Assembly: GCF_009914755.1 (NCBI RefSeq)
Contig: NC_060933.1
Direction: 5' to 3' (one strand)
Source of the DNA: the human T2T-CHM13v2.0 reference genome, Homo sapiens
DNA: 64,000 nucleotides
The stretch's first letter is position 1; each line of letters begins with the position of its first letter. The notes under the pieces were generated by a model, which had not been told where the DNA came from, did not search any database, and saw only the letters and a list, made by a program, of their open reading frames with translations. Shown one piece after another: positions 52,669 to 64,000 of this stretch. Position numbers and translations under genes: made by a program.

Positions 52669-53014
52669 AATATGTTCAAAGAAAGAAGCCGTGGAGCAAT
52701 TGAATCAAAGACCTACAGACTAGAGCTTTTCATTCATCCAACAATAAAAATGTGAAGAGTTACTTTTCCTTGACATCAATTCATTCAGTATCCATCATGG
52801 AGAATGAGAACTACGAGGCTAGACAAACAAGAACATACTTTGGTGGAGTTGCATTAAATGTGTCCTGTTCCTACAGAGCCCTTCTATGTAATGAGATTCT
52901 GTGTAATGAGATTTACCCATGTAACCTTTGATCAACTTGGTCTTTCATCTTGTCCTCTGGGACTCTCAGGTGGGAGCAGTCAGGAAGCACAGAGCCATCA
53001 GGACCCCTCCACCA

Positions 53015-53964
53015 TCACTGCAGGAAGCGTTTCTGAAATACCAGGTTCCTCACAGCAGCCTTCACTTCCTTGTTCCTCAGGCTGTAGATGATGGGGTTGA
53101 GCATGGGGGTCACCACCCCATAGAAAAGGGAAATGAGTTTGTCTGCAAGGTCCTGTTTGTCTGCTCCCAGTGGGTCCTTAGACTTGGGCTTCCCGTACAT
53201 GAAGAGGATGGTCCCGTAGAAGACGATCACGACAGTGAGGTGGGCAGAGCAGGTGGAGAAGGCCTTTTTCCTCCCCTCAGCTGAGGGGATCCTCAGGATG
53301 GTGGCAATGATGAAGACATAGGAGAAAGAGATGAACAGAACAGGGACCCCCAGGAAGATCACATTGGCCACTCCCATACTGATCACATTGACAGAGATAT
53401 CAGCACAGGCCAACTTCAGGACAGCCAGAATCTCACAGGTGAAGTGATTGATGATGTTGTCTCCACAGAAGGGCAGCCTCAATGCAAGGGGTGTCTGCAC
53501 CATGGCAGTGAGGCTTCCAGCTACCCAGGAGCCAGCAGCCATGGGCACATAAGTAGCTTTGTTCATGACTTCAGGGTACCAAAGGGGGTTGCAGATGGCC
53601 ACGTAGCGATCAAACGCCATCATGCTCAGGAGAACACACTCTGTGGCTCCCATGGCAAGGGAGAGGAACATCTGTACTGCACAGGCTGAGAAGGAGATGG
53701 TTTTCCTGGGGGTCAGGAAGCTGTCAAGGATGAGGAGGTTGTATAGCAGATGTCCAGGAAGGAGAGGTTCCCCAGGAAGAAGTACATGGGTGTGTCCAGG
53801 CGGGAGTCAAGGATGGTCACCAGGATGAGGACCCCATTGCCCAGTAGGATCACCAGGTACATCAGCAGGATGAGCACGAAGAATGTCTTCTCCAGCTTTG
53901 GATGGGCAGAGAGCCCCAGGAGAAGGAACCCCAGCACAGGGGAGGTCTGATTGGAACTGACCAT
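53015..53964 (-). pseudogene. OR13C6P: OR37-type olfactory receptor pseudogene (probably OR13C6P), single 10-bp frameshift
   Basis: Two ORFs (53713-53964, 53015-53671) together cover a full OR collinear with OR2S2. Span is 950 versus 960 nt; deletion near 53730-53735. Symbol from recalled gene order. Confidence 0.88.
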
Positions 53965-54403
53965 GGTGTTTCTATGTCACTTGTACAAACTCAGAGGGCC
54001 AGCTCCATGATTCTCTGATGCCTAAAGTGCCCAGACAGCCAGTGAGGAAGCCCAGACTTGCTGAGCAATTGGAGAACAGCTCTGACAATTCAAAGGTTTC
54101 TCGATATTGCTTTAAGTAAAATGCAGGAAATTTGATCAAAATCTACTTGGTGGTATTTGGCCACCCCATAGAGAGGTTTCAAATGTCACCTGATTAGATT
54201 TAATTTTCCTCATCACATTTAAGACAGGCATCACACATTTACTTCAAGTTACATGTGTGGATGATTCATTTGGTTCAATTTTGGCAAGAAATGTTATATT
54301 CCATTTGTATGTTTTTTCCCCTTGGGACCTAGGACTGGTAGAAAAAACTGGTACTCCTCATCCTCAATCCCTGACCATTCTGCTCTGTGAGCACTTTTAA
54401 AAA

Positions 54404-54701
54404 TTATTATTATTATTATTTGAGACAGAGTCTTACTCCATTACCTAGGCTGGAGTGCAGTAGGGCAAATACAGCTCGTTGCAGACTCAAACTCCAGGCT
54501 CAAGCAATCCTCCTGCCTCAGTCTCCCAGGTAGCTGGGACCACATGCGTATGCCACTACACCTGGCTAATTTTTAATTTTTTCTGGAGACGAGGTCTCAC
54601 TTTGTTGCCCAGGCTGGGCTTAAATTCCTGGGCTCAAGCAATCCTACCACCCTGGCCTCCCAAAATGCTGGGATTACAGGCGTGAGCCATGGCACCCGGC
54701 C
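54404..54701 (-). mobile_element. AluJ
   Basis: Antisense Alu; TGTGAGCA flanking repeat. Confidence 0.88.
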
Positions 54702-54833
54702 TGTGAGCAATTTCAGATGCTCTCTGCCTCCTCTTTACTAGCACTTCCAAGATCTACAGAACCCTGGGCTATTTGTCCACCCATTCATTCACTCACTCAC
54801 TTGCCAGACTCTTCTGGAGCACATATTTACAGG

Positions 54834-56550
54834 ACTGGCATTTGCCAACCAATCAATGCATGGGCATCGTGAAGTCCTTTTTCTTCTCTGAACTTCATTT
54901 CCTGGATGCTTACTTTGGAATAGATTATTATCAGAGATATTCCATCCCAGGGACTAAATGATCTCATGAATTTCTCATTCTTGGACTGTTGCACCATGGA
55001 GACATCCTTTTCTATTTCCTTCAAAATTCCCCCATGCCACTTAGTCACCAGGTATGCTACCGGGGATGGAGCTGGGCCCACAAGAGTTTCTATATTCTTT
55101 TAAAAGTGCTCGCTTACCTTTTCAACAAATGTGTTGATTCAAATTACTTCTCTGGGATCTGGGAGTAGTCCAGAAGCCAAAAATAGCCAATCTGGTCAGA
55201 AAGCAGCAGCCAGATGAGTTAGTGCCTGAAATGGGTGGACGTTTTCTTGTCTTTGTTCTGTGTTTTGGTAAAATCCACAAAAGACTAATCATTGCTCATA
55301 CAAAGCCACTTAAATCCCATCCTGCTATTTGGAGTATTCTAGTCCCCAAAGTCATTTAAAGTTTGGAAATTCAAGTTACCAAGTCAAGAAACTTCTTATA
55401 CATCTGGGATTGTGTCCCCATGATCCAATTACTCTGAAGTCTCTCCAGAAATACTTTCTTCTCTCCTTCCCTCTCTTCCTACCCATTTTGCTGGGCTATT
55501 GGAAAGTATTAGAGCGGAAGGATCATCCTGGCCCTCCCCAAATTAACAAGAACCCCCAGTCCATGAGAACTGTCACCAGAGTCCATGATAGATCTGGGGG
55601 AATAGGAAACCACACAGGACGAATCCTTGTGGGTTAGTCCCCTTGGCCATTTACAAATTCAAAGGGTTCAGGATCTCAGGTTTGTATGAAAGCCAGTGAC
55701 CCAGAAGATCTCTTGTCTGCATCCCACCAAATAGGTTCTGCTAGGCATACCCTACCCAGACCAGACCTTTAAAGGGTCATAAGTGAATCTGGTCATGGCT
55801 TCTACCAGAGAGTTTCAGAGGCAAGGCAGCTGTGGACTTAAAAAAGAACAGTTGATCACGGAAGTGGTGTCCTGTTGCGAACAGCTCAGTCTTTTCCTGT
55901 GTGTGTGTGCATGAGTATACTATATCTGTGCATTTGTGAGAGCATCGCTGATTTACCACTGGGATCTGGTAACCTCCACTTCTAAGATCCAAAGCTGAGA
56001 GCTGTGACTGCCCAAGCAGCAGCCAGAAGCATCTTCAATGTGGACCACTGTTTTCTGATACACTATAGTTTCTTAATCACATTCCAGTTTTCCCTTTCCC
56101 ATTTAATTTGAATACCGGAGATGGTAGGTGGCACATATGATGAGCTCTCATTCCACAGATGTTCTTGGTGTGCAAGAAGAGCCTGCCCAGTGTTAGCAAA
56201 AACACTTGGGCAATCCTAACCACCTCTTTCACAAAGGAACATGCCTGCCTTATACATACACTAGCTCTAAAAATCCTAGAATCAAATACATGCCACATTC
56301 GTAGTCATAAGCCATTTTGTCTTGCATTGAATTTTTTTCTTTTTGTGAGATATATTACACACACAAAAGAATGTAAAAAGCATATGTATACCATTTAAGG
56401 AAAAATAAGAAAGTATACTACCATGTCCCCCCCCCCAACCCAGGTTAAAATTAGGATGTTCCAGAACCTTAGAAGCCCCTCTTATTTCCCTATCCAATTA
56501 AATTTCCTTATTCCCTCCCTTCCAGAAGTGACCACTATTTTGACTTCTAT
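54834..56550 (-). promoter_or_regulatory. Putative 5' exon/promoter region of the OR pseudogene
   Basis: 0.9-2.6 kb upstream of the ATG. Strong minus-strand donor AAG|GTAAGC (GT at 55117-55116), O/E-like and TAAT motifs, conserved with 42635-44633. Confidence 0.5.
55077..55212 (+). repeat. 136-bp perfect direct repeat, copy B
   Basis: Identical to 52533-52668. Confidence 0.95.
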
Positions 56551-56561
56551 GGAAATCATTT

Positions 56562-57098
56562 TGTGGTAGGCAGAATCTTCATGATCCCCATATGATCACA
56601 TAATTCCCTTCGTGTGGTGATCAAACATTAACCTAGGTACTGCTGTGAAGGGATTTTGTCAATGTAACTAAAGCTCCAAATCAGTTGTCTTTAAGATTAG
56701 AAGATTATCCAGCGAGGTCTGACCTAACTAATCAAGTGAGCCCTTTAAAAACAGTTTTCTCTGGTTAGTAGCAGAAGGAGAAGCCAGATTCAAAGTGTGG
56801 GAAGAATTCCACATGCTGTTTCTTGATTATAAGATGGAGGGAGCCGCAAACAAGAACCAGAGAGCTGCCACAAGGAGCTAAGCATGAGCCCTGGTGACAG
56901 CCAGCAAGGAAACTGGGACCATAGTCTAAAAAACACAAGGAATTGAATTCTGCCACCAATACCAATGAACTTGACTTTTTCTCAGAGCCCAGCCTAACTC
57001 ACCCAACCTTCTCACTTCCAGAACTGTGAGCTAATAATTAGGTGTTTTAAGCTGCTGATATTGGGGTGGTTTATTATGCAACAAGAGAAAGCTAATAT
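56562..57098 (+). mobile_element. MLT1-type (MLT1D/E-like) solo LTR
   Basis: TGTGGTAGGCAGAAT...CAGCCAGCAAGGAAACTGGGACC...TTTTAAGCTGCTGA. Confidence 0.75.
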
Positions 57099-57199
57099 AT
57101 ATTCCCTTTATTTCCTTCACAGTTTTACCTTCTACAATGTATTGGTGTACAATGAATTGTTCCATTTTGAAAAATGGAGTGACAATTACAAACCTAGCT

Positions 57200-58122
<923 letters not shown>

Positions 58123-58750
58123 AAATCTAGCTTTTTGATGAAAAAAAAATATTGTCACTGTTTTGGGGAAGACTCTCCTGAGAATCTAAGCTCTCAGTTT
58201 CAATAGTCCCTTCCGGGTAAGTCAGACAGTGCTGCAGTGTGGCCAGGTACCAGACATCTGGCAGAAATATCATCAGAGAGAGTGGATTGTTTTATGTTTT
58301 CTGCTTCTAAGCTCTGAGTATGGCCCTCTTCCCACTCTTGGGAATAGATCAAAGCAGAATACTCTCTGGAGTGGAATGAGTGTCCTCTACTAACCCAGTC
58401 AGCAAGACATGGAGAGAGAAGAGGGCATTTTATACATGCATGGCCAAGATAAGGCCAGTGCAGGAAAGAATGTGGGCCAGGCTGTCTGGGGCATTCTGTC
58501 CTCAAGTTAATCACCATAGGCAGCAGGGGTCTATGAATAAGAGCCCTTGACATGCCTGTCTCTGGAGTCATAGGGCTGCCCTCTGGGCTGGCTGTCTTCT
58601 CTGCAGGGTGTACAACTGTCATGCCAGGATCTCCTTTTACTGTCCTGGGGACTCCTTACACCTCTCTTATGGGTTGGAACTTCTGTTTCTTTTGTCAGTT
58701 TCTTTCTATTTCTTGGTTTATTCTCTTATTTTGATAGAGCACTTTCTTGA

Positions 58751-59051
<301 letters not shown>

Positions 59052-59152
59052 TTGAATAACTTCTTGAGAAAAAGTGTATTATATACACATTTTTGAGATC
59101 TTATGTGTCTGAACATATTTTTATTTAACCTCCTGAGTGATAATTTGGTGGG

Positions 59153-59188
59153 TGTATTAGCCAGGGTTCTTGAGAGAAACAGTACTAA

Positions 59189-59233
<45 letters not shown>

Positions 59234-59571
59234 TGTTATAAGGAACTGGCTTATCTGATTATGGAGGCTGACAAGTCCCAAGATTTGCAGTCAGCAGGCT
59301 GGTGGCCCAGGAGAGCTGATGAAAAAACTAATGTCCCAGCTCAAAGGCAGGAGAAGTTCCCTCTTACTCATCCTTTTTGTTCTATTCAAGACTTTCACTG
59401 ATTGAATGAGGCTTAGTACATTAGGGAGGATAATCTGCTTTACTCCATCTATGCATTCAAATATTAATCTCATCCAGGTTCTCCCTCACAGACATATCCA
59501 GAATAATATTTGACCCAATATCTGGGCACCCCATGACCCAGTCAAGTTGACACATAAAGTTAATCAACACA
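59153..59571 (-). mobile_element. MLT2-type (ERVL) solo LTR with internal (TG)n at 59190-59230
   Basis: TGTATTAGCCAGGGTTCT...CCCAGTCAAGTTGACACATAAA...ACA. Confidence 0.85.
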
Positions 59572-59963
59572 GTAGTGTGTGGAATTCTAGGAACTTATTG
59601 GAAATCATCTTCCCTCTGAATTTGAAGGTAATTCTGGTGCAATCAGAAGCCATTTTGATTCCTGATCTTTTATGCTAATTGTTTTTTTACTCCATGAAAG
59701 AGTAAAGTACCCATACTCTCAACTGTGGCTGTTGTCTGCCAGTCCAGAGAGCCATGATTTTACCCTCCAGAGAATAAAAGTTTTGTTGGGGTAGGCAAGA
59801 GATAGTTGACTAATGTCATGGAATGAATGAAGGGGTGTAGGGACTCTGTTTCTTATACATTTGTCACCTAGTCTTCCTTTTTTAGTAGTACTTCCTTCAC
59901 CCCGGTCCTAGAGGTACTTGGTACAGTGAGTTTCTCTGTGCTACAAATCTAGTTGTTATCAAT

Positions 59964-60331
59964 TACTGTGGTTTGAATATCCCCTCAAAAACTCATGGTG
60001 AAATTTAACTGCCATGGTAACAGTGCTGAGAGATGGGACCTTTAAGAGGTGATTAAGCCAAGAGGGCTCAGCCTTCATGAAGGGGTTAATGCCATTATTG
60101 CAGGAGTGAGTTATTGCAGGAGTTTGGCCTCCTTTCTCTCCTTGTTTCATGTACTTGCTTGCTCTTTCACCTTCTGCCATGGATGATGCAACACGAAGGC
60201 CTTCACTAGATGCCAGTGTCATGCTCTTGGACTTCACAGCCTCCAGAACTGTGAGCCAAATAAATGTCTATTATTTATAAATTACCCAGTCTCAAATATT
60301 CTGTTAAAGCAGCAGAAAATGGAGTAAGACA
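59964..60331 (+). mobile_element. MST-type MaLR solo LTR
   Basis: TGTGGTTTGAATATCCCCTCAAAACTCATG...ATAAATTACCCAGTC...TAAGACA. Confidence 0.85.
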
Positions 60332-60894
60332 CTTACTTTTCCAAGTTTCTGGCTTGGGATTTGGCTCTGTCAGATCTGCTATGGCAATTAGCACTAGTTC
60401 ATCTGCTTCCTAACTTTCACAATGTTCTTGCTGTTGATATCTTACTTCTTCTGCTTAACCTTGTAGATTTTATTGGAAAGAAAGAAAGACTATAGTTTTC
60501 ATGGGTTTTAGGAGGAATGAAATTAGATGCATGTGTTCAGTTATCCTTTATGCAGTCTTGATTCCATAAAATTTCTAACATCCTATTTATTTTTGTAATT
60601 GTTTATTGCTTATTTCTCTCCTGTTAGAATACAAGTTTCACAGAGGTAAGTTTTTTTCTGTATTGTTCACAGATGTTTCCTTAGTATAAAAATAGGGCTT
60701 CACTCACAACTGACTCTCAATACATAGATGCTGAATAAATGAATGAATGAATCTGTGGCCTACCCTCATTTTCTTCTGATTTTGTCCCATGTTTGCTCTT
60801 TTTTTAAAAAAAATTTTATCTTTGTCCTATCTTTTTGAACTTCTATTTTTGTAAACATTGTAAATGTCCATAACATATTGGTACAGTAGAATAC

Positions 60895-61392
60895 CTATAA
60901 ATATATAGGTATTATAATATATACCTATTATATATATTATATATATTATATATTATATATTATATAATATATATAATATATTATATAATATATTATATAA
61001 TATATAATATATATATTATATAATATATTATATAATATATAATATATATTATATAATATATAATATATTATATATAATATATAATATATTATATATAATA
61101 TATAATATATATAATATATAATATATATAATATATTATATATATATATATTATATATTAATATATATAATATATAAATATATATTATATATTTATATATA
61201 ATATATATAAATATATAATATATAATATTTATATATTATATATTATATATAATATATATAAATATATAATATATTTATATAATATATATTATATATATAA
61301 TATATTATTATAATATAAGTATATAGGTATTATAATATATACCTATAAGTATATAATATATACCTATAAGTATATAGGTATATATTATAAAT
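60895..61392. repeat. AT-rich (TA/TAA) low-complexity tract
   Basis: ~400 bp core of almost pure A/T. Confidence 0.95.
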
Positions 61393-62697
61393 CAATAAAC
61401 AAATACAGTTTAAATTGTAAGGAAGCATGATATTAAAATGTTGGCAACCATGGACCCCAGATATGTAGTTTTTGACTGTGACTCCATCCTTCCAAATATT
61501 TAACAAACCTCTTTTTTCTAAGTGGCTCTTACATATTGGAAACATCTATTTTGAACAGAGCAGGCATGCAGAATTCAGGAATTTGGACGCCATTTAGAGG
61601 TGATCTGCCAGCTTCCTTCTTGTCTGCATCATGTCCCCTTCTTTGCCAAAGTGCCCTGGTGAGCAGGGGCTTGTGACTGCCCTCATCAAGATTTAGGAAA
61701 ATCATTCCCAAGCTGCAAGATGCCCTGAGGTTCCAGTCTGGAATCTTTCTTTCCAGGCTTGAATTTATCTTGCAACTCTTTCCTAGCCCACTGCCACCCA
61801 ATGCCTCACTCCCAGACTCAGATCTCCTGCAGGAAGCTCAGGAACAAGCGAGAGAAAAGGGCCTACAGCCCACATCATCACCTCAACTGTTATGGTCAGC
61901 CCCAGTACTCCCAGACACACACCACTGGATGACTTGATTGAATTCTGCTCTTTACAGAAGGTGTGCTCAATGTTAACTCCTGACATCATTATGTGTGTAT
62001 AACTTCAAGCCATCTCCAAACATTTCTGGAATGAGGAGACAGTACATAGAAGAAGGAGATACAGGTATAAAATCAATGAGATTAGGTAAAAAATCCATAG
62101 CTCTTAATTTGAATTGTCTGTCTGTATGTATGATTTATATATTTGATCTAAATCTAAATATATATTTATATATCATACATACATATAATTCAATTATATA
62201 TATTTTTTCATAGCTCTTTCCACTGAAACATTTAGAAACCATGGGAAACTCAATAGTAAACCTAGCACCCAGATTATGACTTCTAAATACCATTCCCCAT
62301 TAAACGAAAAAAGAGCTCGTTAGACAAAATAGTTGTTTCAGGTCTGGGAAGGAAGAGTGAATATTGAGCTTGTAATATCTTGACATATCAGATAGCAGGA
62401 AGTCATCAAAGATACTAGCGTCATGCAAAAGGTCTCAGGAGCCATGAGCTCATAACTCCAGTAAAAAAAAAAAAATTAAGTAACTAGATCTAGGCATCAA
62501 TGTATGGGAAACACAAAGACAGACACCACAGAATTGCAATCAGCAAAATCAGACTGTGGTAAACTTTATAGTTTTCCATATTGAGAAACTATTCCTTCCA
62601 AAAAAAAAATCTAGCCTAAAAGCAGGGTGGTGGCGGCAGGAACAGAGGTAGAGGGAAAGATAGAAAAAGGGAGGGGGAAATGTAGATTGAAAGAGAC

Positions 62698-63083
62698 TGT
62701 ACTGGTCCATTCTCACACTGCTAATAAAGACATACCTGAGACTGGGTGATTTATAAAGGAAAGAGGTTTAATTGACTCACAGTTCAGCATGGCTGGGGAG
62801 GCTTCAGGAAACTTACAATCATGGCAGAAGGGGAAGCAAACATACTCTTCTTCACATGGCAGCAACAAGGAGAAGTGCCAAGAAAAAGGGGGAAAAGGCC
62901 CTTAAAAAACCATCAGATCTCATGAGAACTCATTCACTATCATCAGAACAGCATGAGGGTAACCACCTCCATGATTAAATTACCTCCCACCAGGTCCCTC
63001 CCATGACATCCCACAACACGTGGAGATTATGGGAACTACAGTTCAAGGTGAGATTTGGGTGGGGACACAGCCAAACCATATCA
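62698..63083 (-). mobile_element. THE1-type solo LTR
   Basis: TGTA.TGGTCCATTCTCACACTGCTAATAAAGACATACC...CCAAACCATATCA; 5-bp TSD GAGAC. Confidence 0.9.
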
Positions 63084-63393
63084 GAGACAAATCACAATGT
63101 ATGCCGTTATTTGGATCCTGGTTCAATTTAAAAATTGAAATAAATAATGTATAAGACATTTCTGGAAATATAAATGCTGGATAATTGATTATATCAAGGA
63201 ATTAGTTTTAGGTGATTTATATGTTAAATGTTAAATGGTACTTTATATTTTTCCAAGAGTACTAATCTTTTTTGGATATAAATACTAAAATATTTCAAGA
63301 TGGAATGTTATTACCATCTGGGATTTGCTTTAGAATAATTAAGGAGAAGGAGAAATAATCCACAGGGCTATGGAAGAACAAGATTGGCCATAA

Positions 63394-63811
63394 GCAGCAC
63401 AGAAAGACAAACTTTGCATGTTCTCACTTATTTGTGGAAGCTAAAAGTTAAAACAATTGAACCCATGGAGATGGAGAGTAGAATGATGGTTATCAGAGGC
63501 TGGGAACAGTGATGAGAGGGTAGAGGGGAAATGGAGATGGCTTATGGGTACAAAAAATAGAATAAATAAGAACTAGTATTTGATAGCACAGCAGGATGAT
63601 TATAGTCAAAAATAATTTAATTGTACATTTTAAAATAATTAAAAGAGTATAATTGGATTGTTTGTAACACAAAGGATAAATGCTTGAGGTGATGGATACC
63701 CCATTTACCCTGATGTGATTATTACACGTTGCATGCCTGTATTTAAATATCCCATATACTCCATAAATATATATAGCTACTATGTACCCAGGAAAATTTA
63801 AAAAATTAAAA

Positions 63812-63814
<3 letters not shown>
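63394..63814 (+). mobile_element. L1MA-like 3' end
   Basis: CACAGAAAGACAAAC...CATGTTCTCACTTATTTGTGG...TACTATGTACCCA. Confidence 0.8.

Positions 63815-63850
<36 letters not shown>
63815..63850. repeat. (CA)n microsatellite
   Basis: Direct reading. Confidence 0.95.
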
Positions 63851-63851
<1 letters not shown>

Positions 63852-64000
63852 AGCCATGAGCAGATCATCTTTGGATCTGGAAGATGAATACCTATTATTC
63901 TTTCTACAAGATTAAATTTTCCCATAAAATAAAAGAAAAAACCTTCTCCAATACCTAGCCTAAATATTGCAGGCTTTATTTCTGTTTCATGTAGGTCTGG

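Noticed and set aside
53015-53671. 218-aa OR ORF as a functional receptor
   Set aside because: Starts in TM3 and lacks the N-terminus and TM1-2, so it is the downstream half of the frameshifted pseudogene.

Overview
Human (primate) genomic DNA, recognisable as the OR37-type olfactory receptor cluster. The identification with chr9p13.3 comes from recalling the OR2S2 protein sequence, not from a search. The window holds one intact single-exon OR CDS (OR2S2, 18812-19771, minus) and one paralogous OR disabled by a single 10-bp deletion (probably OR13C6P, 53015-53964, minus). It also holds two processed pseudogenes with recognisable target-site duplications (TSDs): PGAM1-derived at ~3814-5632 and YBX1-derived at ~32602-34132. 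Most of the rest is Alu, L1, MaLR/ERV LTR, MIR/L2, DNA-transposon and simple-repeat sequence, including a full-length old L1 with a perfect 16-bp TSD nested inside an older L1. I cannot support a wholly new biological system. The best leads are: (1) an orphan ~2-kb copy of the OR pseudogene's upstream region with no adjacent OR CDS and a 221-bp 98%-identical core; (2) a perfect 136-bp direct repeat, carrying a strong splice donor, that brackets the OR pseudogene; (3) an L1 3' transduction tag; (4) a recurring set of locally templated insertions and fold-back hairpins. Repeat subfamily calls are by eye and approximate.
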